Source: an uncultured Flavobacteriales bacterium | GTDB lineage: Bacteria; Bacteroidota; Bacteroidia; Flavobacteriales; UBA7430 | Direction of reading: 5' to 3' | Assembly: GCA_943789355.1 (NCBI GenBank) | Contig: CALSTU010000004.1 | Span: 585,412 to 649,411 of the forward strand | Length of the DNA stretch: 64,000 nucleotides | In this document: positions 8,622 through 19,501 of the stretch, piece by piece | Numbering within the stretch: position 1 is the stretch's first letter | Layout of the letters: each line of letters begins with the position of its first letter | Position numbers and translations under genes: made by a program | Notes under the pieces: generated by a model | Database searches by the model: none | What the model saw: the letters and a program-made list of their open reading frames with translations, nothing else | What the model was told of the DNA's origin: nothing

Positions 8622-11060
8622 ATGAAAGTATCATATAACTGGATCAAAAATTATTTGAATGTAGACTTGAGCGCCGAAGATTGTGCTAAAGTTTTAACAG
8701 ATACCGGTCTTGAAGTTGAAGGCATCCACGAGATTGAAAGTGTGAAAGGAGGTCTGAAAGGCTTACTTGTTGGAGAGGTACTTACCTGCGATCAACACCC
8801 TAACGCTGACCGATTGCGAAAAACAACGGTTGACGTTGGTTCGGAAGTTATAGACGTTGTTTGCGGCGCTCCCAATGTAGCTGCGGGTCAAAAAGTGGTG
8901 GTTGCCACTGTAGGGACCGTTTTATATGATGATAAAGGCGAAGCTTTTAAGATCAAAAAGGGTAAAATTAGAGGTGAGGCTTCTCATGGAATGATTTGTG
9001 GTTCCGATGAAATCGGTTTGGGCGGTGCCCACGATGGAATTATGGTTTTGGATGCTAAACTTCAAGCAGGAACTCTCGCGAGCGACTATTTTAAAATAGA
9101 AGTAGATACCGTTTTTGAAATAGGTCTGACGCCAAACCGTTCCGATGCTATGGGGCATTTGGGAGTTGCACTTGATTTAAAAGCAGGGTTAGCGGCTCAA
9201 GGGCAAACCTTGGAATTGATAAAGCCCTCTGTAGAAGCCTTCAAAGTAGCGCACACCAACTTGTCGTTGCAAGTGGATGTAGAAGAGCAAGATGCATGCC
9301 CACGATATGCCGGTCTTACCCTAACAGGGCTGGAGGTGAAGGAATCGCCAGAGTGGTTGAGTACGAAGCTAAAAGCATTGGGTTTGACTCCTGTGAACAA
9401 CATTGTAGATGTAACCAATTACGTCCTGCACGAAACCGGAAATCCGCTACATGCTTTTGATGCAGATAAGATTAAAGGAAACACAGTTGTTGTAAAGAAA
9501 TTACCAAAAGACACCAAGTTTACAACGCTTGATGACCAAGAGCGAAAACTCGGTGCTGAAGACTTAATGATCTGTAATGCTGAAGAGCCGATGTGTATTG
9601 CCGGAGTCTTTGGAGGTATCGATTCCGGTGTTACGAAACAAACGAATTCTATTTTTTTAGAGGCGGCTTATTTCAATCCTGTTTCTGTACGTAAAACAGC
9701 CAAGCGCCATGGTTTAAATACCGACGCATCCTTTCGATTTGAAAGAACCGTCAATCCGAATACGGTCATTTGGGCATTGAAGCGCGCAGCTCTTTTAATA
9801 CAAGAGGTTGCTGGAGGCGAAGTGAGCTCAGAGATTGCAGATATTTATCCGAAGCCGATTGAACATTTCAAGGTCGACTTCTCCTTCGCTACATGTGATC
9901 AGTTGGTCGGTCAACGTATCGATCGGACAGCAATTAAAAATATTTTAGAAAATTTAGAAATCGATATTCTATCGGAGCACACAGAGGGGCTCAAATTATC
10001 GATCCCTCCTTATCGGGCTGATGTAAAACGTGAGGTTGACGTCATTGAAGAGGTTCTTCGTATTTACGGATACAACAACATCGGAATGACGGGAAGAATT
10101 AATGCATCACTCTCTATCGTTCCCAAACCTGATACACATAAAATACAAGAGCAAATTTCTGATTTGTTGTCTTCCAATGGTTTTCATGAAGCAATGTGTA
10201 ATTCATTGACTAAAGGATCGCATACAGACGGTTTAGATTCTTTCAAAAAAGACAGCCAAGTTCTGTTGATGAATCCTTTGAGTCAGGATTTAAATGCCAT
10301 GCGTCAAACCCTATTGTTTGGAGGTCTAGAAAGTTTGTCATACAACATCAATCGTAAGGTTTCGGACGTTATGCTATATGAATTTGGTAAGACCTACAAC
10401 CGTTATGGTGATGATTTTGTGGAAGAACGTCGTCTTGCATTGTGGACAACAGGAAAGAAACAGGAAGAAAATTGGAACGCCAACAAATCAAAGGTTGATT
10501 TCTTTCAAATGAGAGGCTTCATTGAGAAGTTACTCCATAAGTTGGGGCTTCATAAGGGGGTCTCTTTGAGTCAAATCAACTCGGATATTTTCTCCGAGGG
10601 CCTGTGTTATAAAATCAGAAAAAAGAAGGTCTTAGAGACTGGAACCGTTCGAAAGTCTGTTTTGAAGAGTTTTGGAATCAAGCAAGAAGTTTTTTACACC
10701 GACATCAATTGGGATTTGGTGTTGGAGATGTTGAAAAACCAAAAGACCAATTACAAAGAAGTGTCTAAATTTCCTGCCGTTCGGAGAGATTTAGCCTTGT
10801 TGATGGACAAGCAAGTTGCCTTTGCTGAATTGGAAAGTATTGCGCGCCGAAGTGATAAGAATTTACTGAAAGAAGTAAAGCTCTTTGATGTATATGAAGG
10901 GGATAAGCTTGCGGCAGGTAAAAAATCATATGCTCTTAGTTTTGTTTTTAGAGACGAAACCAAGACGCTTACCGATAAAGTGGTCGATAAGGCCATATTG
11001 AAAATTTTCAAGTCTCTTGAGCATCAGCTAAGTGTTGAGCTGCGAGAAGGGACGCTATAG
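8622..11060 (+). CDS. pheT: Phenylalanine--tRNA ligase beta subunit
   Basis: N-terminus MKVSYNWIKNYL, tRNA-binding domain and B3/4-B5 core; about 810 aa. The ATG at 8622 is preferred over the upstream TTG at 8595. Confidence 0.9.
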   Translation: MKVSYNWIKNYLNVDLSAEDCAKVLTDTGLEVEGIHEIESVKGGLKGLLVGEVLTCDQHPNADRLRKTTVDVGSEVIDVVCGAPNVAAGQKVVVATVGTVLYDDKGEAFKIKKGKIRGEASHGMICGSDEIGLGGAHDGIMVLDAKLQAGTLASDYFKIEVDTVFEIGLTPNRSDAMGHLGVALDLKAGLAAQGQTLELIKPSVEAFKVAHTNLSLQVDVEEQDACPRYAGLTLTGLEVKESPEWLSTKLKALGLTPVNNIVDVTNYVLHETGNPLHAFDADKIKGNTVVVKKLPKDTKFTTLDDQERKLGAEDLMICNAEEPMCIAGVFGGIDSGVTKQTNSIFLEAAYFNPVSVRKTAKRHGLNTDASFRFERTVNPNTVIWALKRAALLIQEVAGGEVSSEIADIYPKPIEHFKVDFSFATCDQLVGQRIDRTAIKNILENLEIDILSEHTEGLKLSIPPYRADVKREVDVIEEVLRIYGYNNIGMTGRINASLSIVPKPDTHKIQEQISDLLSSNGFHEAMCNSLTKGSHTDGLDSFKKDSQVLLMNPLSQDLNAMRQTLLFGGLESLSYNINRKVSDVMLYEFGKTYNRYGDDFVEERRLALWTTGKKQEENWNANKSKVDFFQMRGFIEKLLHKLGLHKGVSLSQINSDIFSEGLCYKIRKKKVLETGTVRKSVLKSFGIKQEVFYTDINWDLVLEMLKNQKTNYKEVSKFPAVRRDLALLMDKQVAFAELESIARRSDKNLLKEVKLFDVYEGDKLAAGKKSYALSFVFRDETKTLTDKVVDKAILKIFKSLEHQLSVELREGTL

Positions 11061-11084
11061 GAATTATTCATTTAATTTTAAACG

Positions 11085-12317
11085 ATGGAAGAGAAGACCG
11101 TTAATTGTTCGTTTTGTGGTCGTACCAAGCAAGAAACTGATGTTTTAATTGCCGGTACTACGGGTCACATCTGTAATTTATGTATCAGTCAAGCTCACGA
11201 AATCATTAGTGAGGAAATGGAGCATAAGGGCCGAAAGGATCTTGTGAAGGAACTCACCTTGCTTAAGCCTATTGAGATAAAAGAGTACTTGGATGGTTTT
11301 GTTATAGGGCAAGATCATGCTAAAAAAGTTCTTTCTGTAGCCGTTTACAACCACTACAAGAGGGTCTTGCAAGAAAGCTCTAAGGAACAGGAGGTTGAAA
11401 TTGAAAAATCCAACATCATGATGGTGGGTAAAACCGGGACAGGGAAAACGCTCTTGGCTCGTTCCATTGCAAAAATGTTGAATGTTCCTTTCACCATTGT
11501 CGATGCAACCGTTTTAACCGAAGCAGGTTATGTGGGCGAAGATGTAGAAGGCATCCTTTCTCGCCTGCTACAGGATTGTGATTTTGATGTTGAAATGGCT
11601 GAGCGAGGCATTGTCTTTATTGATGAGATTGACAAGATTGCTCGAAAAAGTGACAATCCATCCATTACCCGAGATGTTTCGGGGGAGGGCGTGCAGCAGG
11701 CCATGTTGAAGTTGCTTGAAGGGACGGTTGTTAATGTGCCGCCCCAAGGAGGTAGAAAGCACCCCGATCAAAAATACATTAAAATTAACACTAAAAATAT
11801 ATTGTTTGTGTGTGGTGGAGCTTTTGATGGAATTGAGCGACACATCCGCAATAGAATGAATACCAATGCCCTTGGTTTTGGTAACGCCACAAATCAGCAA
11901 ATAGACGACTCAAACCTTTTGCAGTATATATCCCCACAAGATGTGAAGAGTTTTGGAATCATCCCTGAATTGATCGGTCGTCTTCCGGTGGTTACTCATT
12001 TAGACCCCTTGGATAAAAAAGCCCTTCGCAACATTCTTACCGAACCAAAAAACTCAATCATCAAGCAGTATCGAAAGTTGTTTGAAATTGATGACATTGT
12101 TCTTAAAATCGATCCTGAGGTTTTTGAATTCATCGTAGATCGTGCCGAAGATTTTCAATTGGGAGCAAGAGGCTTGCGTTCTATTTGTGAAGCATTGATG
12201 GTAGATGCCATGTTTGAGTTGCCTTCATCCAATGAGAAAGAGTTTCATTTGACACTCGCTTATGCGAAGGAAATGTTGTCTCAGAAAAAATTGCGCAAGC
12301 TCAGAGCGGTAAGCTAA
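11085..12317 (+). CDS. clpX: ATP-dependent Clp protease ATP-binding subunit ClpX
   Basis: C4 zinc finger CSFCGR...CNLC, Walker A GKTGTGKT, and [10 protein letters not shown]. Confidence 0.95.
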   Translation: MEEKTVNCSFCGRTKQETDVLIAGTTGHICNLCISQAHEIISEEMEHKGRKDLVKELTLLKPIEIKEYLDGFVIGQDHAKKVLSVAVYNHYKRVLQESSKEQEVEIEKSNIMMVGKTGTGKTLLARSIAKMLNVPFTIVDATVLTEAGYVGEDVEGILSRLLQDCDFDVEMAERGIVFIDEIDKIARKSDNPSITRDVSGEGVQQAMLKLLEGTVVNVPPQGGRKHPDQKYIKINTKNILFVCGGAFDGIERHIRNRMNTNALGFGNATNQQIDDSNLLQYISPQDVKSFGIIPELIGRLPVVTHLDPLDKKALRNILTEPKNSIIKQYRKLFEIDDIVLKIDPEVFEFIVDRAEDFQLGARGLRSICEALMVDAMFELPSSNEKEFHLTLAYAKEMLSQKKLRKLRAVS

Positions 12318-12809
12318 ATGATGGCGTATAAAGTACTGCTTAGCTTGGGTTCAAATTTAGGGGCTCGAGATGAAAATATTGAAAAAGCGATTGCTTTAAT
12401 TCAAAAAAATGCAGGTAAAGTACTTGCGGTTTCTCCGCTTTATGAAACTCCTTCTTGGGGGTACAAAGATGCGCCTTATTTGAATAATGCCGTTTGTATA
12501 TTGACACAAAAATCACCCTTAGAGCTCATGGAAACTCTGTTGGATGTTGAGTTGATCTTGGGTCGCGAACGACCCAAATCCTCGGATTACGAAGCCAGAT
12601 CCATCGACTTGGATATAGCGCTGATAGAAGGTTGTGTAATCGACCACCCAAAACTGCAAGTTCCTCACCCCAGAATGCATCTTCGCAAGTTTGTCCTTCA
12701 GCCTGCTGCAGATATAGCTCCCTCATGGGTTCATGAAAGTCGAGGTCTTAGCATTTCTGATTTGCTGCTGAAGTGCGATGATGCTTCAGAAATTTCTCTA
12801 TTTGTGTAG
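12318..12809 (+). CDS. folK: 2-amino-4-hydroxy-6-hydroxymethyldihydropteridine diphosphokinase (HPPK)
   Basis: LSLGSNLG, LYETPSWGY, RSIDLDI and VPHPRMHLRKFVLQP motifs. The start abuts the clpX stop. Confidence 0.85.
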   Translation: MMAYKVLLSLGSNLGARDENIEKAIALIQKNAGKVLAVSPLYETPSWGYKDAPYLNNAVCILTQKSPLELMETLLDVELILGRERPKSSDYEARSIDLDIALIEGCVIDHPKLQVPHPRMHLRKFVLQPAADIAPSWVHESRGLSISDLLLKCDDASEISLFV

Positions 12810-12999
12810 TTCTCCTGATACCCATTCTTTTTTATTAAAAATGGTGTTTTCAAGGATTCTTGTATCTTTCAACTCGCTAATGTAAACGATTTTGTATTTT
12901 TGACTTTAAATCAAAAGCAATTTTTTACATTTGCTTCAGAAAACCATTGAGTTGCGTAATATATTTAACCATTAGAGATTACATCTTAAAATCACAAAA

Positions 13000-14283
13000 A
13001 TGATTGACTTAAAAAAAATGGCCTTAGCATCCTTGTTTGTAGCAACAAGTGCTTTTGCTCAAGACGGTAAATTAAAAGGTTTACTAATCGACGATGCCTC
13101 TGTAGGTGTTGAGGTAGGTGCTAACAAATACATGGGCGATTCTGACTTAGAGCTTGGCTATGGATTAAATTATACCAAACAAATCAATTCACTTTTTGCA
13201 TTGAAGGGAGGATACTTTGCTGGGACCCTAACAGATCAAACAAAATCAGAAGAGTACACTGCTTTGACTGTTGAAGGGCTCGTAAATCTTTCGAACCTTT
13301 CTGTTGGAGCTTCGAATACTTTAAAGGTATACCTTTCAACGGGTCTTGCTTTTGTTACTGTAGATGATAAAGATGACTCTTCATTGGTTCCTAATTTGGG
13401 TGCTGGAGTGAAGTACGCAATTAATGAATCTTTTGACTTAGACTTATCGACAAGCCTTGGTTTGGGGACACTATCAGGTGAGGACTTAGAGTCTCACATG
13501 ACGGTTGGATTAGGCGTTAACTACCGGTTTACGAAAAAAGAAGCATCTGTAGAGTGGAACAATCCATTGGATGCTATGTATGGAGATCTGTCGACGGTTA
13601 AAACGGAGTTAGAGGGATTGTCTACCGATTCTGACGGTGACGGAGTTTCTGACCGATTTGATAACGATAACAACACGCCAGAAGGTGTGGCCGTAGATGG
13701 AAGAGGTAATGCATTGGATGTAGATATGGACGGTGTAGCGGATTACGCAGACGAAGATCCATTTACTGCACGTGGTGTTCAGGTAGATGCTAACGGTCGT
13801 GAGTTGGATAGTGATAAAGATGGCGTAGCGAACTCCCTTGATATTGAGCCAAATTCTCCTTCTGGAGCTACCGTTAACTTCCAAGGTAAAGAGATTAAAA
13901 GTGCTAAAGGAGCTTTTATGCCAGCGATATACTTCGACTACAACTCGGCAAAAGTGTCTTATGCTAACTATGAAAGATTAGCTGCTGTAGCCGCATTGTT
14001 ACAAGCGAATCCAAACTACACGATTACTGTAGTAGGTTATGCTGACACTGTAGGTAATTCTGCCAACAACCATAAAATTGCTTTACGCAGAGCAAACTCT
14101 GTTATTGATGCTTTAACAAGCATGTTCGGTATCAACGCATCTCGTTTATCTGCCGACTCTAAGGGAGAAGACGCTCCATTGGCTAACGAATCCGTTAAAG
14201 TAACTGAAACGACAGCAGATGGTCAGGTGATTTCAAACAGCCTGTCTAGAATGAATCGTCGTGTTGAATTCGTGATCGACTAA
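13000..14283 (+). CDS. OmpA-family outer-membrane protein with thrombospondin type-3 (calcium-binding) repeats
   Basis: Signal peptide and an N-terminal beta-barrel-like region. Repeats DSDGDGVSD, DVDMDGVAD and DSDKDGVAN. C-terminal OmpA domain (VVGYADTVG...NRRVEFVI). Confidence 0.85.
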   Translation: MIDLKKMALASLFVATSAFAQDGKLKGLLIDDASVGVEVGANKYMGDSDLELGYGLNYTKQINSLFALKGGYFAGTLTDQTKSEEYTALTVEGLVNLSNLSVGASNTLKVYLSTGLAFVTVDDKDDSSLVPNLGAGVKYAINESFDLDLSTSLGLGTLSGEDLESHMTVGLGVNYRFTKKEASVEWNNPLDAMYGDLSTVKTELEGLSTDSDGDGVSDRFDNDNNTPEGVAVDGRGNALDVDMDGVADYADEDPFTARGVQVDANGRELDSDKDGVANSLDIEPNSPSGATVNFQGKEIKSAKGAFMPAIYFDYNSAKVSYANYERLAAVAALLQANPNYTITVVGYADTVGNSANNHKIALRRANSVIDALTSMFGINASRLSADSKGEDAPLANESVKVTETTADGQVISNSLSRMNRRVEFVID

Positions 14284-14304
14284 ACTCTCATTCAAAAAAT
14301 AGTT

Positions 14305-14338
14305 AAAAATCCCCTTTGGAAACGAAGGGGATTTTTTT
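14305..14338 (+). terminator. Rho-independent terminator after the OmpA-family gene
   Basis: Stem ATCCCCTT (14309-14316) pairs with AAGGGGAT (14325-14332) and is followed by T7. Confidence 0.8.
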
Positions 14339-14384
14339 GTCGAAAACTCTAAGATGGGTTTGCTTTTGAGGATGAGGCAAAGGT

Positions 14385-14903
14385 TTATCTGAATAATTCC
14401 CAAAGCACAATTCCTGCACTTACAGAAATGTTGAGCGAATGTTTGGTGCCCAGTTGTGGGATTTCAAGGCAATGGTCACAGGTGTCGATAACGGATTGTT
14501 GCACTCCTTTGACTTCATTTCCAAAAACAACAGCAATTTTGTTATGCTTTGAACGGTCGAAATCATTGAGCATTAAGCTCGCTTCTGCCTGTTCGATGGC
14601 CAGGCAGTGATAGCCTTGTTGTTTTAGGTTTTGAACACAAGACAAGGTGTCTTCTTGATGTTCCCATTCTACGGATTCGGTGGCTCCTAGAGCGGTCTTT
14701 TGAATGTCGCGATGTGGGGGCTGTGCCGTGATTCCACAGAGGTAAATTTTTTCAAGTAGAAAAGCATCTGCTGTACGAAAAACAGATCCGATGTTGTTGA
14801 GGCTTCTGATGTTGTCTAGAACCACAACCACAGGCAGTTTTGAGGCCTCTTTAAAGGCCTTTACGCTGAGTCTGTTGAGTTCACTATTTTTTAGTTTTCG
14901 CAT
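14385..14903 (-). CDS. SpoU/TrmH-family RNA 2'-O-methyltransferase
   Basis: VLDNIRSLNNIGSVFRTADAF, VVFGNEVKGV and IPQLGTKHSLNISVSAGIVLWE (SPOUT knot motifs). Confidence 0.8.
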   Translation of the reverse strand: MRKLKNSELNRLSVKAFKEASKLPVVVVLDNIRSLNNIGSVFRTADAFLLEKIYLCGITAQPPHRDIQKTALGATESVEWEHQEDTLSCVQNLKQQGYHCLAIEQAEASLMLNDFDRSKHNKIAVVFGNEVKGVQQSVIDTCDHCLEIPQLGTKHSLNISVSAGIVLWELFR

Positions 14904-14980
14904 CTGCTTATCCGTCAGAATTAATATCTTAGTCCTTCCTTGAAAACGACTGCAAAATAATCAATATAACAGCAATTCCA

Positions 14981-17590
14981 TTGGCAAAAGCACCTAAAAA
15001 CAAGAAAGAAACCCCATTGATGCAGCAGTACAATCGGATAAAAGCTAAATATCCAGATGCCGTACTCTTATTTCGTGTGGGAGATTTTTATGAAACTTTT
15101 GGTGAAGATGCGGTTAAGGCTTCACGAATTTTAGGGATTGTATTGACCAATCGAGCCAACGGAAGCTCAAAAATTGAATTGGCTGGTTTCCCCCATCATT
15201 CTCTAGATACTTATTTGCCCAAGTTGGTCCGGTCGGGGTGTCGAGTGGCCATCTGCGATCAGTTGGAAGATCCTAAAGCCACCAAAAAAATTGTGAAGCG
15301 TGGCGTTACCGAATTGGTTACGCCAGGCGTATCTTACAACGATAAAACGTTGGATTTACGATCCAATAATTTTTTAGCCTCTATCCACATTGAGAAACAG
15401 GCTTTGGGCGTTGCCTTTTTGGATGTTTCTACCGGAGAGTTTTTTACTGCCCAGGGCAATTGGGAGTATGTAGACAAGTTGTTGCAAAGCTTTTCACCTT
15501 CAGAGGTTATCTATCAGAAACAACATAAGGCAGCCTTTACGCAACGCTATGCCGATAGCTTTTTTACCTATACCCTAGAAGACTGGGTCTTTTCACAAAC
15601 CTATACGGAGGAATTGCTGCTGAATCATTTCCAAACCAAATCTTTAAAAGGTTTTGGGGTAGATCAACTCGATATGGGGATTGTTGCTGCGGGGGCAGCG
15701 CTACATTATTTGCAGGAAACCCAACACAATAAAGTAAGTCATATAGCCTCCATCACACGTATTGAAGAAGATCGTTTTGTTTGGATGGATCATTTTACCA
15801 TTCGTAATTTGGAGTTGATTCATGCCACAGGCATCAATGGGGTTTCCTTGTTAGACATCCTAGATCAAACCGTATCTCCTATGGGAGCTAGGATGCTCAG
15901 ACGCTGGTTGGTGTTGCCTCTAAAAGAACAACAGTCCATACAGGATCGCTTAAATATTGTGGACTACTTTACCCATGAAGGAGATGTTGCCGATGCGTTG
16001 GCACATCAAATCAAACAAATGGGCGATTTGGAGCGCTTGATTTCCAAAGTTGCTACCGCCCGAATTTGCCCGCGTGAAGTGGTGCAGTTAAAACGCGCTT
16101 TGAATGCGATCCTACCGGTGGTCGAACACTGTTCCAAATCGGGCAATGAAAGTTTAGCTTCTTTGGCGGCTCAATTGAATCCTTGTGATCCCATCCGTGA
16201 AAAAATTGATAGAGAACTTCAGGAAGATGCTCCTGTTCAGTTATTGAAAGGCAATGTGATTGCCTCAGGCGTATCTCAAGAACTTGATGAACTTCGAAAT
16301 ATTTCAACTTCTGCAAAAGACCATCTCGAACAAATTCGGCAACGTGAGACTGAACGTACGGGGATTCCTTCTTTAAAAATTTCTTTCAACAACGTCTTTG
16401 GTTATTATTTAGAAGTTCGCAACACCCACAAAGACAAAGTTCCGGAAGAGTGGATTCGAAAGCAGACGCTTGTGAATGCGGAACGTTACATCACTGAAGA
16501 GTTGAAAGAACTTGAGGTGAAAATTCTCAGTGCCGGAGATAAAATCCTGGCCTTAGAGCAGCAGCTCTTCAACGAATTGGTGCAGTCGTTGATGGATTAT
16601 GTACAAATTGTTCAGCGTAATTCTCAGCTTATTGCTCGTGTGGACGTGCTCTTGTCCTTTGCTAAAATTGCCCTGCAGAATGGTTATGTAAAGCCTGAGC
16701 TGAACGATAGTTTTACCCTGAACATCAAAGACGGTCGCCATCCGGTAATCGAAAAGCAATTGCCTGTAGATGAAGCCTATGTTTCCAATGATGTTTACTT
16801 AGACAACGATACCCAGCAAATCATCATGATCACCGGCCCCAACATGTCGGGTAAGTCTGCTTTGTTAAGGCAAACTGCTTTGATCGTGTTGATGGCGCAA
16901 ATGGGTTCTTTTGTACCCGCCAAAGCGGCCTCCTTGGGCTTGGTCGATAAAATTTTCACTCGTGTGGGAGCCTCAGACAATATATCGTCCGGAGAGTCTA
17001 CCTTTATGGTGGAAATGAACGAAACGGCGAGTATTCTGAACAATGTTTCCGATCGAAGTTTGATTTTATTGGATGAAATTGGGCGTGGGACGAGTACCTA
17101 CGATGGGATTTCAATAGCTTGGGCCATTGCCGAGTTTTTGCATGAAAATAAAGCCAAAGCAAAAACGTTGTTTGCCACCCATTACCACGAGCTCAACGAG
17201 ATGGCTGAAACTTTTTCACGAATCAAGAATTTCAATGTCTCGGTCAAAGAAATGGAAAAGAAGATTTTATTTTTGCGTAAACTAAAGCCTGGGGGTTCTG
17301 CTCACAGTTTTGGAATTCATGTAGCAAAGATGGCGGGCATGCCGAAGTCGCTCATTCGACGGGCCAATGCGATACTCGCACATATGGAGAAAACACACAC
17401 TTCCGAAGAACTCACCCGTAAGACCAAGGCCATTCGTCAGGAAACCGATATGCAGTTGAGTTTCTTTCAATTGGATGACCCTGTTCTAGAGCAAATTAAA
17501 GATGAAATTATAAAGACCGATATCAATACCTTAACCCCCATAGAGGCCTTGATGAAACTCAATGAAATCAAGAAAATGATTGGTGCTTAG
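14981..17590 (+). CDS. mutS: DNA mismatch repair protein MutS
   Basis: [20 protein letters not shown], Walker A GPNMSGKS, and STFMVEMNE...[12 protein letters not shown]. The start is TTG at 14981; an alternative ATG lies at 15020. Confidence 0.93.
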   Translation: MAKAPKNKKETPLMQQYNRIKAKYPDAVLLFRVGDFYETFGEDAVKASRILGIVLTNRANGSSKIELAGFPHHSLDTYLPKLVRSGCRVAICDQLEDPKATKKIVKRGVTELVTPGVSYNDKTLDLRSNNFLASIHIEKQALGVAFLDVSTGEFFTAQGNWEYVDKLLQSFSPSEVIYQKQHKAAFTQRYADSFFTYTLEDWVFSQTYTEELLLNHFQTKSLKGFGVDQLDMGIVAAGAALHYLQETQHNKVSHIASITRIEEDRFVWMDHFTIRNLELIHATGINGVSLLDILDQTVSPMGARMLRRWLVLPLKEQQSIQDRLNIVDYFTHEGDVADALAHQIKQMGDLERLISKVATARICPREVVQLKRALNAILPVVEHCSKSGNESLASLAAQLNPCDPIREKIDRELQEDAPVQLLKGNVIASGVSQELDELRNISTSAKDHLEQIRQRETERTGIPSLKISFNNVFGYYLEVRNTHKDKVPEEWIRKQTLVNAERYITEELKELEVKILSAGDKILALEQQLFNELVQSLMDYVQIVQRNSQLIARVDVLLSFAKIALQNGYVKPELNDSFTLNIKDGRHPVIEKQLPVDEAYVSNDVYLDNDTQQIIMITGPNMSGKSALLRQTALIVLMAQMGSFVPAKAASLGLVDKIFTRVGASDNISSGESTFMVEMNETASILNNVSDRSLILLDEIGRGTSTYDGISIAWAIAEFLHENKAKAKTLFATHYHELNEMAETFSRIKNFNVSVKEMEKKILFLRKLKPGGSAHSFGIHVAKMAGMPKSLIRRANAILAHMEKTHTSEELTRKTKAIRQETDMQLSFFQLDDPVLEQIKDEIIKTDINTLTPIEALMKLNEIKKMIGA

Positions 17591-17628
17591 CGACTTACTT
17601 CAAAGCCTTTTAAATTCTGTTCTTTTTG

Positions 17629-17659
17629 TTTTGAGGTCAGTGAAAAGTACTTATATTTG
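17629..17659 (+). promoter_or_regulatory. Candidate Bacteroidetes-type promoter for the tRNA-Gly/tRNA-Leu unit
   Basis: -7 box TATATTTG (17652-17659, fits TAnnTTTG), with TTG at 17631-17633 lying 18 nt upstream. It sits 27 nt before the tRNA. Confidence 0.5.
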
Positions 17660-17686
17660 CATCGCTCTTGTAAAGAGAGTCGATCT

Positions 17687-17761
17687 GCGAGTGTAGCTCA
17701 GGGGTAGAGCATCACCTTGCCAAGGTGAGGGTCGAGGGTTCGAATCCCTTCACTCGCTCCA
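17687..17761 (+). tRNA. tRNA-Gly (anticodon GCC), CCA encoded
   Basis: Hand-folded cloverleaf. Acceptor GCGAGTG/CACTCGC, anticodon loop TTGCCAA, T-loop TTCGAAT, 3' TCCA. Confidence 0.9.
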
Positions 17762-17778
17762 TTAAAAGTAGATTCTAA

Positions 17779-17862
17779 GCTCGAGTGGTGGAATTGGTAG
17801 ACACGCCGGACTTAAAATCCTGTGCTCTTTGGGGCGTGCGGGTTCAAGTCCCGCCTCGAGTA
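17779..17862 (+). tRNA. tRNA-Leu (anticodon TAA), long variable arm, no encoded CCA
   Basis: Acceptor GCTCGAG/CTCGAGT (G1-U72), anticodon loop CTTAAAA, long variable arm, T-arm CGGGTTCAAGTCCCG. Confidence 0.85.
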
Positions 17863-17864
17863 CA

Positions 17865-17894
17865 AGCCTTCTCAGAAATGAGGAGGCTTTTTTT
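17865..17894 (+). terminator. Rho-independent terminator after tRNA-Leu
   Basis: 9-bp stem AGCCTTCTC/GAGGAGGCT (one G-U pair) followed by T7. Confidence 0.75.
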
Positions 17895-17931
17895 ATTCAA
17901 ACAAGTAGAGTTGAAAGAGTTTGTTTAAGGT

Positions 17932-18540
17932 TTACAGCGTGTCCTTTACAGCACTGTTGATGCTGTTGATGTAGTTTAAGATTTCCAACTTACCCAAACC
18001 ACTTTCGGCAGAGCTCATGAAGGTTTGAGGGATTTCTTCCCAAGACTTGAGCATTTCAGACTTGTATTTGCTGAGGTTTTTGTTAAGCTGGGAGCTCGAC
18101 AGCTTGTCCATTTTGGTAAATACAATCACAAAAGGAATTTGTTTTTCACCCAGCCACTCCATAAAGAGCATGTCAATTTTCTGAGGTTCGTGGCGGGAAT
18201 CCACCAAAACAAAAGTACAAACCAGGTTCTCTCTTTTCTCTAAGTATTCATAGATGAACTTCGCAAAAATGGAACGGTCTTTTTTCGAGACTTTGGCATA
18301 CCCGTATCCCGGTAGATCGACCAAAAACCAGTTGTCGTTAATCTTGAAGTGATTGATGAGTTGTGTTTTTCCGGGCTTCCCAGAAGTTTTGGCGAGAGAT
18401 TTTCGCCCGGTAAGCATGTTGATTAATGAAGACTTTCCTACGTTGGATCTACCTATGAAAGCATATTCAGGTATGTGTTCCTTAGGGCATTTCTCAATGT
18501 CGGTGTTGCTGATGACAAACTCAGCAGAATTAATTTTCAT
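17932..18540 (-). CDS. engB: Ribosome biogenesis GTP-binding protein YihA/YsxC (EngB)
   Basis: GRSNVGKSSLIN (G1), LVDLPGYGYA (G3), TKMDK (G4). Confidence 0.9.
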   Translation of the reverse strand: MKINSAEFVISNTDIEKCPKEHIPEYAFIGRSNVGKSSLINMLTGRKSLAKTSGKPGKTQLINHFKINDNWFLVDLPGYGYAKVSKKDRSIFAKFIYEYLEKRENLVCTFVLVDSRHEPQKIDMLFMEWLGEKQIPFVIVFTKMDKLSSSQLNKNLSKYKSEMLKSWEEIPQTFMSSAESGLGKLEILNYINSINSAVKDTL

Positions 18541-18541
18541 T

Positions 18542-19300
18542 TTAGTTTTTGTTCAGCCATTCAACACAGGTGTTGGCGAAATCAACAGGGTGTTCCATCA
18601 TGGGAGCATGTCCGCATTTTTCAAACCAATATAGGGATGAGTTGGGAAGCAGCCTGTGGAATTCATCGGCAACTTCTGGAGGTGTTACCCCGTCATTTTT
18701 ACCCCACAAGATACAAGCAGGTTGCGTCATGGCAGGCAAGTCTTTCGCCATGTTGTGACGTATTGCTGATTTGGCAATGGCCAATATTCGAATGATTTTA
18801 TTTCGAGAGTTCACGGATTCAAAAACCTCATCGACCAATTCTTTGGTCGCGACTTTTGGGTCGTAAAACACGTCTTGTGTTTTCTCTTTGATGTACTCGT
18901 AATCTTCTCTTCGAGGGAAGGAATCACCCATGGCTTTTTCATACAAGCCCGAACTACCCGTAAGCATCAATCGCTTGACCAGTTGAGGGTTGTTTTTTGT
19001 GTATATCAATGCCACATGACCGCCCAAGGAATTCCCTAGAAGTGTTACATCAGCAAGATTTAAGTCAGAAATAAATTTCTCTAAGAACCTAGAAAGACCT
19101 TTCGCACTAGTTTTTAGAAGCGGAAGTTCATAAATGGGTAGGGAAGGGATGATGACACGGTGCCCAGCTTCTGCAATAATTCGAGCGGTTTTTTCGAAAT
19201 TACTCAGAGCACCCATAAGGCCATGGAGGAATACGACTACAGGGCCTTCGCCCAAGTCTACATACTGATAACCTTTGTCTTTTACAATTTCATATTTCAT
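18542..19300 (-). CDS. Alpha/beta-fold hydrolase
   Basis: HGLMG oxyanion region, nucleophile elbow GNSLGGH and a C-terminal GHAPM histidine motif. The ATG at 19300 (MKYEIV) is preferred over the longer ORF. Confidence 0.75.
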   Translation of the reverse strand: MKYEIVKDKGYQYVDLGEGPVVVFLHGLMGALSNFEKTARIIAEAGHRVIIPSLPIYELPLLKTSAKGLSRFLEKFISDLNLADVTLLGNSLGGHVALIYTKNNPQLVKRLMLTGSSGLYEKAMGDSFPRREDYEYIKEKTQDVFYDPKVATKELVDEVFESVNSRNKIIRILAIAKSAIRHNMAKDLPAMTQPACILWGKNDGVTPPEVADEFHRLLPNSSLYWFEKCGHAPMMEHPVDFANTCVEWLNKN

Positions 19301-19467
19301 GTGCGACACTTTAATTTGTAAAAATACTGAATAATTCTTGAATGTTGACATCCTCGGTGTCATAGTGTATTAATATTTTTCACGAGGGCAAAAAACGTAT
19401 GCAGATAATACCGTTTAGTCGAAACTTTGCCTGGTTTAACCCAAAAGTGTGGAAAGTTATCAACATA

Positions 19468-19501
19468 GTGGTAAATTGTGGTAGAAAGTGGTATATATTT
19501 G
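19468..19501 (+). promoter_or_regulatory. Candidate dcw promoter with an MraZ-type operator
   Basis: Three GTGGTA direct repeats with an exact 10-bp period (19468, 19478, 19488). They run directly into a -7 box TATATTTG (19494-19501). Confidence 0.5.
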
